A stretch of DNA of 64,000 nt from Alphaproteobacteria bacterium (GTDB lineage: Bacteria > Pseudomonadota > Alphaproteobacteria > UBA7887). Of the stretch, positions 19,265 to 29,851 are shown piece by piece; position 1 is the first letter of the stretch; every line of letters begins with the position of its first letter. A program made the position numbers and the translations under genes. Location of the stretch: positions 1,760,001-1,824,000 of the forward strand of contig CBDCGL010000011.1 in the NCBI GenBank assembly GCA_965216755.1. The letters are read 5' to 3'. The notes under the pieces were generated by a model. That model was not told the origin of the DNA. It ran no database searches and saw only the letters and a list, made by a program, of their open reading frames with translations.

Positions 19265-20632
19265 CGTCTCGCTCCTATTCACAGATTGGTCGTGTAGGCG
19301 ACCTGGTCTAAGTCGGATTGCCATGGTTCGCTGACATCTTGGTGAGTCGATTGATAAGCAAAAAAGTCGCGCGCCATAGGGCTGACGGCCTGGCGCGGCG
19401 TGGGCGATATTCGTTTCGTTGTCGCGCGCGGCGCGCCGCCCGCAAATGTCGGACACTTCGTTCGAGTGAATGAATGTTCACCTCTGGCGCACGCGGCGCG
19501 ACGCGCGCTTGAGCTGACGCCGCGCTATTCTGACAGGATGAACGCTCTCCCAAATCTGACAAAACATCCCGCTCCTTGCGCCAGCGATACTGTTCCGTAA
19601 GAGAAATATTTGCTTAAGCATATACCTACACACGGGTCGTCAGATTGACTTCGGTTAAGTGTCGCAAGATTTCACAAGGTCAATTCCTCACGAATCGGTA
19701 TCCTGCTGCCTACTAGTTGATGCCATGACACCCAAATAGGTGACAAGTCGCCGCTTCAATCGATATGCCCAAATAATTGGACATAGTTTATTAGTTTGAA
19801 CCTATCTAACGTTTTGCAATGATCCGAATGACTACATTCAAGCCGCAGCAGCGCGGTGCTGCCGGACCGTTCGACACAGGGCGTCAGATCAAGCTGCTAT
19901 TGTTATCGTAGCAATTATCTTTGCGACATTCATATCCACACATATTTTAAAGTTATTTTTGACGACCGCGAATTTGGCTTTAAACAAACGATTGATTTAA
20001 ACATGCGACCAAGTGACAGCCCGGTCGCAGCGGGCGTCGTATGGAATTGCACAAGGCGCGGCACTGGTATGGCTGATCTTTGTCGCGCGCGGACACAAGA
20101 TGGCACCTTGACGCTTAGCCCGATGAAGCAGTCGGGACATTGACATACGATTGGGACACTAGCGAAGCGATAACAATTTGATCCATGGAATGGATCTGGT
20201 CCTTGTTTCACCAAAGGTCTGGCTGAGCGCCGCGCAAGTATGGAACGGCCTCTTTGCGATTGGCCGACAAGGCATCTCGGAACTGCTAGCGCGGCTTCAC
20301 CTGCCATTCGGCGGCGCTGATATCAGCTTGTCACTGTTTGATTTTTCTTTTTCATTCGCCCGACACCGCGCAATGACCGGGCGCCTAACTACAGCTTGGT
20401 CGCGCGAAGCAATGCCTGACAGACGCTTTTTTGCAGTGAAACACTTGATGGGGCGACCAAATTGCCGCAAAATCAACAATGTTGAGTGGAGACGTATCGC
20501 ATGTGTTTCGCGATGATTGAATTGCCGTTGACCCGGTAAGCTCGGTTCCTTCCGACATTGTGAGCGTTGAAACGATCCCGCAGCCCACTCAGACGGGTTG
20601 CGTTCTTCCAAATCTCTGTCAGAGGTATGCTT

Positions 20633-20842
20633 ATGCCTACCGGAACTGTGAAATGGTTCAATCCCACGAAGGGATATGGGTTCATCGAACCGGAAGATGG
20701 CTCGAAGGATGCCTTCGTGCACATTTCCGCTGTCCAACGCGCAGGCCTAACCGGGCTCAGCGAAGGACAGAAAGTGTCATACGAATTGCAGACTGGACAA
20801 AACGGCAAGTCATCCGCCGAGAACTTGTCGTTGGTCGACTAG
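20633..20842 (+). CDS. cspA: Cold-shock protein
   Basis: [18 protein letters not shown]...DAFVHISAV (RNP1/RNP2 motifs). Confidence 0.96.
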   Translation: MPTGTVKWFNPTKGYGFIEPEDGSKDAFVHISAVQRAGLTGLSEGQKVSYELQTGQNGKSSAENLSLVD

Positions 20843-20847
20843 AGTTA

Positions 20848-20887
20848 ACGCTGTCCTCCGTGCGCGTGAGGGCAGCGTCACTTTTTC
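20848..20887 (+). terminator. Probable intrinsic terminator after cspA
   Basis: Stem ACGCTGTCCTC / GAGGGCAGCGT followed by CACTTTTT. Confidence 0.7.
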
Positions 20888-21224
20888 GCCTGGTCTACAT
20901 GACGACCCGGTGCGCGCGGTGATCGCGCGGTTAACGATGACCTAGAGTGTCATGCGCATTTGCCCGGACGCCGTAGCGTTGCAGCTACGCCATTGGGGAG
21001 TGGCGCGCCTGGATCGTCCGACAGCTGTGAACATCTGGCGCGCTCATAGCGCATCCGCGCGGGTTTCCGGTGTTAGCCTTAACAATGACGCGATCCGCGA
21101 ACCATGCGATTGTACCCCACGCGGCAAAGGCATGGCGCGCACCGACAATCTCCTTGAGAATGGTAAGAGCCGGCTCGGCTGGGCAAGAGACGGGGGCAAT
21201 CCAACCAACATTCCAGGAGTCGCG

Positions 21225-21420
21225 AAGTAGGGTCGCCGAGGTCGGTTTCCTTTACGTTGTTGCCGCGCGCGAGAGTCTCAGGCTTGTTGCCAGTGCCGAA
21301 CACGATGGGTTTTCCTTCATGTTCGATGACAGCGGAAACGCCACTATCCTTCTGCATGGCCGAAGACTTTCGGAACGCATCGTCGAGGACCACCATCAAG
21401 GTCGTATCGGATTGCACCGC
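21225..21420 (-). pseudogene. Remnant of an MBL-fold metallo-hydrolase N-terminus
   Basis: LMVVLDDAFRKSSAMQKDSGVSAVIEHEGKPIVFGTGNKPETLARG resembles, from memory, the 'LYDAFGK.SAMQKDWG.AALIE..GKRILFDTGN' start of MBL hydrolases. Key residues are decayed and there is no HxHxDH motif. Confidence 0.5.
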
Positions 21421-21703
21421 GATCGGCGCGACGTCGAATGGCGGCACCAACCCAGCGAAAAATAATGGCGGGCGGCTTGTGCTTGGCCACTTTGGAAGAA
21501 TACGAGCGAAGGGCACGTCCGTCGTTTCCTCCGTTCGATTCGTGGGAACCCGTAACCTACGGGCGCCACAAAGAGCGATGTCGCGCCCAAGCATTCGGTC
21601 ACGCAAAGTCCCTAGCGATAGCGCGTTCGTCAAAGCGAAGTCGCCCGAACGGGCCGCGCGTCTTTATAATGCTGCTTGCGACTTTCACATGGAGGCGTAT
21701 CCG

Positions 21704-22282
21704 ATGAGCACAGTCGACCCCAATCGCGTCATTTTGACCGGCGAGAATCCCTTTATCCGTTTGAGCCGAAACCAGGATGGGCCACTAAGCACCGTCGCCA
21801 GCTTCTGGCGCATCATCTTTTGCCCGGCCGGCCCAGGACATGTGCTCTATCTGAAGAGTGAACTCACCGACGACCATTGGCGGATCTATGCAGACAACAT
21901 TGCCATGGCGCGTTGGTTGCAGAAGACCGTCCAGGGCATGTTGAATGAAGAGACCGCCGATACGACAATTCCGGTGATTGACGCCGCATTCGACCAGTCA
22001 GGCGATGCGCGGGACTTCTGGACCGAGCATGTCGAGGCCGCCAACGAAACCATCAGTTTGACATGGTACGGTCTCGGCGAACCTCTTTTGGTGCACACAC
22101 AACCTGGCGCGGAACCTGGCCGTCCCTACGGTGTCGCCACGATATTGGTCCCAGCAATGAGCGCCCGTTTGCTGCATAACGGCAGTGAAGCCGCCGGCCG
22201 GCCCTGGCCGCAGGAACGCGAGGGGCGCCCGTTCAGCACTTGCGCCCTTGCATTTTCCGAAAGCTGGACAGAAGCACGCTGA
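21704..22282 (+). CDS. Conserved hypothetical protein
   Basis: GGAGG RBS before ATG 21704. Natural-looking globular sequence (TGENPFIRL..., ASFWR, FSESW) with no family I can name. Confidence 0.75.
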   Translation: MSTVDPNRVILTGENPFIRLSRNQDGPLSTVASFWRIIFCPAGPGHVLYLKSELTDDHWRIYADNIAMARWLQKTVQGMLNEETADTTIPVIDAAFDQSGDARDFWTEHVEAANETISLTWYGLGEPLLVHTQPGAEPGRPYGVATILVPAMSARLLHNGSEAAGRPWPQEREGRPFSTCALAFSESWTEAR

Positions 22283-22291
22283 GTTGCACGC

Positions 22292-23080
22292 TCAAAATCG
22301 GGCTTCTGCCCGACCGAGTCGATCAACCTCTATTTGGACGACGTCGCCGGCGTTGACCCATTTCGTCTCCACGACGCTGCCCAACAACACGAAACTTTTT
22401 GCAGGCAGTGTTTCACCGCGTCCGGCGCACATGTTGGCCAGCCAAGCCAACGCCTCGAACGGGTGGCCCATGATATCGCCGCCGACGCCACGTCCGACTT
22501 CGTCGCCATTGATCCGCATGACGCCGGCAATCGCGGTTAGATCCCAATCGCGCCAATCGGGACGTTCGGGACCCAACACACAACCAGCATCGAAAAAATC
22601 ATCGGCGATCAGCGTCGGCGCGCCCAGACGATGATAGTCGTTATAGCGGTCGTCGACGACTTCGATTGCAGCCATCACCGCGCCGACCGCGGGGGCCACG
22701 CTGTCTCGTGAAAAAGTCCCCGTGCCACACAAGGGCGCACACAGGCTCACGGCAATCTCACACTCGACTCCGACCTTGCGATAATCGTTATGGCGAAACT
22801 GGCCAGCTTCCCGATGGGCGGTCGGTGCCAATACGCCGCCTGCGCAGGGGTTATCGATACTCAAGAAACGCTGCATGACCTTCGTCGTGCAACCGATCTT
22901 GCGGCCTGCGATCGGACCGGCGCCACTATCGGCGAGCACGGCGTGTAACCGATTTTGGATATCATAGGCTTGGTGTTCATCGGTCGGGCGACATTCAGTC
23001 GGCAACGCGCGCACAAGGGGTCCATGGCGGCGACCCTCGGCAAGCAAGTTGGCCGCGCGATCTAAATTCTCCGGTGTCAC
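22292..23080 (-). CDS. 2-keto-4-pentenoate hydratase / fumarylacetoacetate hydrolase family
   Basis: AYDIQ, GRKIGCT, VECEIA, AIEVVDDRY, IADD and GHPFEALAWLAN motifs. Confidence 0.9.
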   Translation of the reverse strand: MTPENLDRAANLLAEGRRHGPLVRALPTECRPTDEHQAYDIQNRLHAVLADSGAGPIAGRKIGCTTKVMQRFLSIDNPCAGGVLAPTAHREAGQFRHNDYRKVGVECEIAVSLCAPLCGTGTFSRDSVAPAVGAVMAAIEVVDDRYNDYHRLGAPTLIADDFFDAGCVLGPERPDWRDWDLTAIAGVMRINGDEVGRGVGGDIMGHPFEALAWLANMCAGRGETLPAKSFVLLGSVVETKWVNAGDVVQIEVDRLGRAEARF

Positions 23081-23910
23081 TTTGCGGACTCCGTGCGTGG
23101 CGCCGCGCCGTCGACAAGATGGCCGTTCATCACCACGCGAGCTTGGCCGGCCAGCTCGACGCGATCCGAACCGATGGCAACCCGGACGAAACCACCCCGG
23201 TACGATGCCTGATAGCCGACGAGACTGGTCTTGTTCAGTCGGCGCGCCCAGAACGGCCCAAGCATGCAGTGTGCCGACCCCGTGACCGGATCTTCATTGA
23301 TGCCCGCTGCGGGCGCAAAAAAGCGCGACACAAAATCAGCATCGTCTTGATCACTTGGCGCTGTAACGGTGACCGCGCGCATCTCCATGGCCGCGATCGG
23401 CCCGAAATCAGGGTTGAGATCGCGCACGTCCTGTGCTCGCTCTACGACGATCAGAACATCCCATTTGCCACGGCCGGTCCATATGGGTGTCACCCCCAAC
23501 GCAGCGGTCAATCCCGCCGGCGGCTCAGATTCATGAGGTGGATCACTGGGAAAATCGAGCGCGATCCAATCGCCGTCGCGGCGCGCCACCAACACGCCAC
23601 TGCGCGTATGGAATCGAATCTGCGAAACCGGCGTAACCTTTGATGTCCAGAGCACGTGGGCGCTCGCCAAAGTCGCATGACCGCACAGATCAACTTCAAA
23701 GCGCGGCGTGAACCAGCGCAAATCGAAACCATCATCGTTGCCGCGCGCCACAACGAATGCGGTTTCGGACAGATTCATTTCCGCCGCAACCGCCTGCATC
23801 CAATCCGCGGACGCCGGCGACCGCAAGATACATATGGCGGCCGGATTGCCGGCAAACGGCTTAGTTGTGAACGCGTCAACAATAACAATGGGCTGAGTCA
23901 TAACTGCCAT
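23077..23910 (-). CDS. PhzF family isomerase
   Basis: VDAFTTKPFAGNPAA, EMNLSETAF, LCGHATLA and EDPVTGSAH motifs. Confidence 0.93.
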   Translation of the reverse strand: MAVMTQPIVIVDAFTTKPFAGNPAAICILRSPASADWMQAVAAEMNLSETAFVVARGNDDGFDLRWFTPRFEVDLCGHATLASAHVLWTSKVTPVSQIRFHTRSGVLVARRDGDWIALDFPSDPPHESEPPAGLTAALGVTPIWTGRGKWDVLIVVERAQDVRDLNPDFGPIAAMEMRAVTVTAPSDQDDADFVSRFFAPAAGINEDPVTGSAHCMLGPFWARRLNKTSLVGYQASYRGGFVRVAIGSDRVELAGQARVVMNGHLVDGAAPRTESAK

Positions 23911-23990
23911 GCGCGGTTCCAATGCGATTTGTCAGCATAAGCGGTTGGCATTGGTTGACCACCCCTAAACGGCCGGATAGCGTGGCGCCC

Positions 23991-24692
23991 ATGGCACTGT
24001 TGGGAAAAGGTCTCCTGTGCATTTGGCACGACGTCGATGCGGATGACGACGTCGCACTTCACCATTGGTACATTAAAGAGCATTTGCTGGAGCGAATCGG
24101 GATCCCGGGTTTTATTCGCGCGCGCCGCTATTCTTCTGCTGATCCCCAATCGTCTCCGCGTTTCGCCGCCGTCTACGAAACCGAAACCGCGGAGACGCTA
24201 CAAAGCGCCGCCTATTTGGGACGTCTCAACGATCCAACACCCCTGAGCCGCGACAACTTGGCGCGGTTTCGAAACACCAACCGCACCGTTTTTCGCGTCG
24301 TAGCAAGTCTGGGGCATGGCATTGGTGGTGCCCTGCGGGTGATGCCACTGGCTCCGATCGGCGACGCCGCACCTTTTTGTCGTTGGTTAGAGGACGGGGC
24401 TTTACCCGCGCTCGACGAAAGTCATGGCATTGTCGGTGCGCATCTGCTCGCCGGCGACACAGCGCTTAGCCGCAACGACTCGACAGAAACCGAGATCCGC
24501 GAGACGCCGGACGAAATCTCGTCGTTGGTGTTGATGGTTGAGGGCTTGTCTACCGCGACGATCGCCAGCGCTTGCGAGGCTCAATTGTCGGCACGCACAA
24601 TGGCCACCTATGGCGGCGTTTCTGACAAGGTCCTGGATTTCAGATTGATCCATTCGGTGGTTTCCGCCGACGCGCTGCAGATCCGATCTTGA
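23991..24692 (+). CDS. Hypothetical dimeric alpha/beta-barrel (EthD/DUF4286-like) protein
   Basis: WYIKEHLLERIGIPGFIRARRY and YETE...LQSAAYLGRLNDPTP motifs. Confidence 0.7.
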   Translation: MALLGKGLLCIWHDVDADDDVALHHWYIKEHLLERIGIPGFIRARRYSSADPQSSPRFAAVYETETAETLQSAAYLGRLNDPTPLSRDNLARFRNTNRTVFRVVASLGHGIGGALRVMPLAPIGDAAPFCRWLEDGALPALDESHGIVGAHLLAGDTALSRNDSTETEIRETPDEISSLVLMVEGLSTATIASACEAQLSARTMATYGGVSDKVLDFRLIHSVVSADALQIRS

Positions 24693-26002
24693 CCCACAAG
24701 CCGCGGGGCCGCGTCTGGCGGCTCGCCCTGCCAATCATCCTTGCCAATTTGACCGTGCCATTGCTGGGCGCGGTCGATACCGCCGTTATCGGCGATCAAA
24801 GCGCTGCACATATTGGCGCCGTTGCGGTTGGCGCGACGATATTTTCATTCCTCTATTGGGCGTTCGGTTTTCTGCGTATGTCGACCACCGGCTTCGCGGC
24901 GCAAGCCCATGGCGGCGGCCACGCAAATGAAACCGTCGCGCTTCTTGGTCGCGCCTGCCTGCTGGCAATCGGGTTTGGTGGTGCGCTTGTCCTGCTGCAA
25001 TGGCCGACAATTGCCCTCGCTCTTTCACTTGTCGCCCCCAGTGCCGAGGTAGAACCTTTGGCACGCAACTATGCACTGATCCGTATCTGGGGCGCACCAG
25101 CGGCGCTTGCCAACTCGGTCGTGGTTGGCTGGTTGGTTGGGCAGCAACGCGCCGGAACGGCCTTCGCGGTTCAATTGGTCATCAATGGCACCAATATCGC
25201 GTTGGACGTATGGCTCGCGCGCGGTTTGAACATGGACGTCAGCGGTGTCGCCCTTGCCACCGTCATTGCACAATATTTGGGTTTGGCCGTAGGTGCCGCA
25301 TTGATTGCACATCGCGCCCGGCAGATCGGCGCCCATTGGCGGTGGGACACGATCCGTGATCGTCACGCCTTGCTGGGTCTCCTACGTGTCAACCGCGATA
25401 TCTTTGTGCGCACGATATGCGTGTTGCTGGCGGTCGCGATGTTCACGGCCCAAGGCGCACGGATGGGAGACTTGGTCCTCGCGGCCAACGGTATTTTACT
25501 GTTGTTCCAGTCCTTTATGTCTTATGGGCTGGACGGTTTCGCCCACGCCGCCGAAGCCTTGGTAGGTGCCGCATATGGGAAAGGCGATCGCCGCGCATTT
25601 CGGACCGCCGTGGTTGCTTCGACCCGCTTGGCGGTTATGGTCGCCGGCGGATACACTGTGCTTTACGGTTTGTTCGGCGTGTCCCTCATCAGCCTGATAA
25701 CCAATTTGCCGGACGTGAAAGACGAGACTGCGCGGTACCTGCCGTGGCTGGTCGCGTCGCCTCTGGTTTCGGTTTGGGCGTTCCAGTTTGACGGCATCTT
25801 TATCGGCGCCACGCGCGCCGCGCATATGCGCAATGCCATGGTGCTGTCGTTTGTCATCTTCATCGCCTTGATGCTTTGGTTGGTGCCGGTCTGGTCCAAT
25901 CACGGCTTGTGGCTGGCGTTCACACTGTTCATGTCGGCGCGCGGCATCACGCTTGGCGCCTACTATCCCGCATTGGAAAGATCGGTCGCCAACCCGCGAT
26001 AA
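24689..26002 (+). CDS. dinF: MATE family efflux transporter (DinF-like)
   Basis: LALPIILANLTVPLLGAVDTAVIG, GFLRMSTTG, NRDIFVRT and DGIFIGAT motifs, with many TM helices. Confidence 0.85.
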   Translation: MTHKPRGRVWRLALPIILANLTVPLLGAVDTAVIGDQSAAHIGAVAVGATIFSFLYWAFGFLRMSTTGFAAQAHGGGHANETVALLGRACLLAIGFGGALVLLQWPTIALALSLVAPSAEVEPLARNYALIRIWGAPAALANSVVVGWLVGQQRAGTAFAVQLVINGTNIALDVWLARGLNMDVSGVALATVIAQYLGLAVGAALIAHRARQIGAHWRWDTIRDRHALLGLLRVNRDIFVRTICVLLAVAMFTAQGARMGDLVLAANGILLLFQSFMSYGLDGFAHAAEALVGAAYGKGDRRAFRTAVVASTRLAVMVAGGYTVLYGLFGVSLISLITNLPDVKDETARYLPWLVASPLVSVWAFQFDGIFIGATRAAHMRNAMVLSFVIFIALMLWLVPVWSNHGLWLAFTLFMSARGITLGAYYPALERSVANPR

Positions 26003-26104
26003 CACCAGACGTCACAGCGACCTTGGCAATCCGGTTGCAAATAGGGCATGGTGTGGCGCGCTCGTTGGGGGGGTGCTCGAAGGTAATAGACATAGGTTGT
26101 GCGA

Positions 26105-27262
26105 ATGAAGATCGCGGTTCCAAAGGAAGTGCGCGCGGGCGAAACGCGCGTCGCGACATCGCCGGACGTTGTCAAGAAACTCGTCGGCATGGGGATCGAG
26201 GTTACCATCGAAGCGGACGCCGGAGTGGCCGCAGGTGTTTTGGACGACGCTTTCGCGGCCGCCGGCGCCAAGATCGAGAAAACCGCGAAATCAACTTTGA
26301 AGGGTGCGGACGTGGTGCTCAAGGTTGCCCGGCCGATGTCCAAAGATGAAGGCACCGATGAGGTGGGCGCGATGCCCAAGGGCGCCTTGCTGATCGGCCT
26401 GTTGGCACCGATGCAGCACAAGGAACAGGTGGCGCAATACGCCAAAGCCGGACTCACCGCCTTTGCCATGGAATTGGTGCCCCGCATCAGCCGGGCGCAG
26501 AGCATGGATGCCCTGTCGTCACAGAGCAATCTGGCCGGCTACAAGGCGGTGATTGATGCCGCCGCGACGTTTGGCAAGGCCATGCCGATGATGATGACGG
26601 CCGCCGGCACAATCGCCCCCGCGAAGACGTTGATCTTGGGCGCCGGCGTTGCCGGTCTACAAGCCATTGCGACGGCACGGCGGCTTGGCGCCGTGGTCTC
26701 GGCGTTTGACGTTCGGCCTGCCGTGAAAGAGCAGGTTGAGAGCCTGGGCGCCAAGTTCGTCGAGGTGGCGAGCGACGAGTCCGAGGGCGCGGAAACGGCC
26801 GGCGGATACGCCAAGGAGATGAGCGAGGACTACCAGCGCAAGCAGCGTGAGCTCATTCATGAGACCGCAAAAACGCAGGATATGATCATCACGACGGCCC
26901 TGATTCCGGGGCGGCCGGCACCAACCTTGATCACTGAACAAATGGTCAAGGATATGAAGGCAGGTTCGGTGATCGTCGACTTGGCGGTCGAAACCGGTGG
27001 AAATTGCGAATTGAGCGAATACGGCAAGATCGTTAAAAAACATGGTGTCATCATTATTGGCCATGCAAATGTTCCAGGGCGCGTGGCCACCGATGCCAGC
27101 CATCTTTACGCCCGCAACCTGCTCAATTTCCTGAACCCAATGATCGATGGCGAAAGCAAGAGCCTGGCCATCGACTGGGACGACGAAGTGGTCAAAGGGG
27201 CCCTGCTGACACGCGACGGCGAAGTCGTACACCCGGCCCTGAAGAATGGAGACGGTTCATGA
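26105..27262 (+). CDS. pntAA: NAD(P) transhydrogenase subunit alpha part 1 (domain I)
   Basis: [38 protein letters not shown] and GGYAKEMS motifs. Confidence 0.96.
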   Translation: MKIAVPKEVRAGETRVATSPDVVKKLVGMGIEVTIEADAGVAAGVLDDAFAAAGAKIEKTAKSTLKGADVVLKVARPMSKDEGTDEVGAMPKGALLIGLLAPMQHKEQVAQYAKAGLTAFAMELVPRISRAQSMDALSSQSNLAGYKAVIDAAATFGKAMPMMMTAAGTIAPAKTLILGAGVAGLQAIATARRLGAVVSAFDVRPAVKEQVESLGAKFVEVASDESEGAETAGGYAKEMSEDYQRKQRELIHETAKTQDMIITTALIPGRPAPTLITEQMVKDMKAGSVIVDLAVETGGNCELSEYGKIVKKHGVIIIGHANVPGRVATDASHLYARNLLNFLNPMIDGESKSLAIDWDDEVVKGALLTRDGEVVHPALKNGDGS

Positions 27263-27582
27263 TCGATCCCTTTGTCAACCAAATCACAATCTTCGTGCTG
27301 GCGGTCTTTGTCGGGTACTACGTGGTTTGGAGCGTGACGCCGGCGCTGCATACGCCGCTGATGTCGGTCACCAATGCCATCTCCGGGATTATTGTGGTCG
27401 GGGCGATTATCGCTGTTGGCGCAGGCGGTGCGCTGGCACCAGCCGAAGATGGCGGTGGTGGCGGTGAAACGGGCCTGGCGCGCATTCTTGGTTTTGTCGC
27501 GGTGGCGCTGGCGTCGGTCAACATATTCGGTGGCTTCATCGTGACCCAGCGCATGCTGCAAATGTTCAAGAAAAAACGCTAA
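27259..27582 (+). CDS. pntAB: NAD(P) transhydrogenase subunit alpha part 2
   Basis: [18 protein letters not shown] and [16 protein letters not shown] motifs. Confidence 0.96.
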   Translation: MIDPFVNQITIFVLAVFVGYYVVWSVTPALHTPLMSVTNAISGIIVVGAIIAVGAGGALAPAEDGGGGGETGLARILGFVAVALASVNIFGGFIVTQRMLQMFKKKR

Positions 27583-27597
27583 TAACGGGGGCGAGAC

Positions 27598-28986
27598 GTG
27601 AGTGCCAATGTATCCGCGATCGCATATCTGATCGCCGCCGTCTGTTTCATTCTCGCGCTGAAGGGGTTGTCGTCACCGACATCGGCGCGCTCGGGCAACA
27701 TCTTCGGCATTGTCGGCATGGTCATTGCCACACTGACCACGCTGGCTGCGCCGGACATGGGCAACTTCGGGTATATCGTGATCGCCGTCTTGATTGGTGG
27801 CGCCATCGGCGCGGTCATCGCCATGCGCATCGAAATGGCTGCGATGCCGCAATTGGTGGCCGCATTCCATAGCTTGGTTGGTTTGGCGGCAGTGTTGGTG
27901 GCGGGCGCCGCGCTCTACGCCCCAGATGCTTACGGCATCGGCACGGTGGGCCACATCAAGGCCATCAGCCGCGTCGAAATGTCGTTGGGCGCGGTCATCG
28001 GCGCCATCACCTTTACCGGTTCTGTCATCGCATTTGCCAAGCTTCAGGCACTGATGAGCGGTGCGCCGATCGTGTTTCCAGGTCAACACTTGCTCAATTT
28101 GGTGCTTGGTCTGGTGATTGTCGGCCTGATCGTTGCGTTCTGCCTGTCGGAATCGCACGCGACGTTTTGGCTGATGACGGCGCTCGCGCTATTGATCGGA
28201 ATTCTCATCATCATACCGATCGGCGGCGCCGACATGCCGGTGGTGATCTCGATGCTCAACTCGTACTCGGGGTGGGCGGCCGCAGGGATTGGGTTTACGC
28301 TGCAGAATACCGCTTTGATCATCGTCGGTGCTTTGGTCGGCTCATCTGGCGCGATCCTTAGTTACATCATGTGTCGCGCCATGAACCGGTCGTTTTTCAG
28401 CGTCATTTTGGGGGGCTTTGGCGGCGAAGCTCAGGCGGCCGATATGGCCAGTCGTGGCGATAAAGTCGCCAAGCCGGGCAGCGCCGACGATGCTGCGTTC
28501 ATACTGAAGAACGCGAGCTCGGTGATCATCGTACCCGGTTACGGAATGGCGGTTGCGCAAGCACAACACGCAGTTCGTGAAATGGCTGATGAGCTGAAGA
28601 AAGAGGGCGTATCGGTGCGCTATGCCATTCATCCGGTGGCGGGCCGCATGCCGGGCCATATGAACGTCCTGCTGGCGGAAGCCAACGTACCTTATGAAGA
28701 CGTTTTTGAGCTGGAGGAGATCAACAGCGACTTTTCTTCGGCTGATGTCGCGTTCGTAATCGGTGCCAACGATGTGACGAATCCGGCCGCGCAAAAAGAC
28801 CCGTCCAGTCCGATCGCGGGCATGCCCATTTTGGAGGTGGAAAAGGCGCAGACCGTGCTGTTTGTCAAACGCAGCTTATCGCCCGGCTATGCCGGCATCG
28901 ACAACGAGCTGTTTTATGCTGATGGCACCATGATGTTGTTTGCCGACGCCAAGAAGATGGTCGAGGACGTCGTCAAGGCGCTCTGA
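27598..28986 (+). CDS. pntB: NAD(P) transhydrogenase subunit beta
   Basis: MPQLVAAFHSLVG, GGADMPVVISMLNSYSGWA and HPVAGRMPGHMNVLLAEA motifs. Confidence 0.97.
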   Translation: MSANVSAIAYLIAAVCFILALKGLSSPTSARSGNIFGIVGMVIATLTTLAAPDMGNFGYIVIAVLIGGAIGAVIAMRIEMAAMPQLVAAFHSLVGLAAVLVAGAALYAPDAYGIGTVGHIKAISRVEMSLGAVIGAITFTGSVIAFAKLQALMSGAPIVFPGQHLLNLVLGLVIVGLIVAFCLSESHATFWLMTALALLIGILIIIPIGGADMPVVISMLNSYSGWAAAGIGFTLQNTALIIVGALVGSSGAILSYIMCRAMNRSFFSVILGGFGGEAQAADMASRGDKVAKPGSADDAAFILKNASSVIIVPGYGMAVAQAQHAVREMADELKKEGVSVRYAIHPVAGRMPGHMNVLLAEANVPYEDVFELEEINSDFSSADVAFVIGANDVTNPAAQKDPSSPIAGMPILEVEKAQTVLFVKRSLSPGYAGIDNELFYADGTMMLFADAKKMVEDVVKAL

Positions 28987-29125
28987 CAAGGCTGAGCGCC
29001 GGAAATGCGCCCCGAGACGCGCGAAGCCTATACTCCCGCGCCGCAATCGCGGTCGGAATGCTGAATTGCTGATTTGGGGAGTTTGGCAGCTGCGGCACAC
29101 AGATCCGGCGCCGCGGCGGGCTTTG

Positions 29126-29326
29126 CTATTCTTCGCGTTGCGCCCGCTTCCGCGCCAGCTTTCGCGCCCGGCGGATCGCCTCAGCCTTTTCGCGGGCCCG
29201 ACGTTCCGACGGTTTTTCATAGGACCGGCGCATTTTCATCTCACGAAAAATCCCTTCGCGCTGCATCTTCTTTTTCAACGCACGAAGGGCCTGATCGACA
29301 TTGTTGTCGCGAACCAATACCTGCAA
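29126..29326 (-). CDS. rpsU: 30S ribosomal protein S21
   Basis: [25 protein letters not shown]...YEKPSE. Confidence 0.97.
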   Translation of the reverse strand: MQVLVRDNNVDQALRALKKKMQREGIFREMKMRRSYEKPSERRAREKAEAIRRARKLARKRAQREE

Positions 29327-29425
29327 TGTTCGGGTCTCGTTCCTCAGTGTGTGACGGGTCGACGTGGAAGCATTATAGATAGCGTAACGGAGGCTGATTG
29401 GGAAGGACGCCGGAGAAAATAGTCG

Positions 29426-29761
29426 CTATTGCTCGCCGATTGTCACATCGCGGCGCCCATCAGCAAATTGAATTTCGCGCTCCACGGCCGCGACACGCAA
29501 CGTAAATGACTCAAATATCTCGGCTTTACCCCGATCTTGGGCGGCCTGATGCGGCCCGTGACGTCGCCACGCGTCGATGGCGTCCAGATCCCGCCACAGG
29601 GAAATCGAAACATACTTGTCCGGGTCGGATACGCTTTGAAAGCGCTCAATTCCCATGAAACCGTCGATGCCATCCAGGGCCACCCGCAACTGGGCGGCCA
29701 ACGCGAAATAGGCGTCCGATTGGCTCGCTTTGGTGCGAAGTTCAAATATGACCATGTGCAT
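29426..29761 (-). CDS. Antibiotic biosynthesis monooxygenase (ABM) family protein
   Basis: YFALAAQLR...IDGFMGIERFQS...SLWRD..AIDAWR..H..AQ motifs. Confidence 0.88.
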   Translation of the reverse strand: MHMVIFELRTKASQSDAYFALAAQLRVALDGIDGFMGIERFQSVSDPDKYVSISLWRDLDAIDAWRRHGPHQAAQDRGKAEIFESFTLRVAAVEREIQFADGRRDVTIGEQ

Positions 29762-29851
29762 GACGCAGTCCCTGATACCCGTGGATATATTTACGATAGC
29801 CGCTTGGCTCAGCCCTTTACCCAAGTCCTCTAGCTGACCATAGTGGCGCCC

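Noticed and set aside
19340-20010. FNR/FixK box or sigma54 promoter upstream of the Roadblock-ODP operon
   Set aside because: Only TTGAT half-sites were found, and TGGCAC/GC spacings do not fit GG-N10-GC.
19856-20516. Short ORFs upstream of cspA (19856-20143, 19930-20307, 20178-20516)
   Set aside because: No RBS, motif or coding-like composition that I can support.
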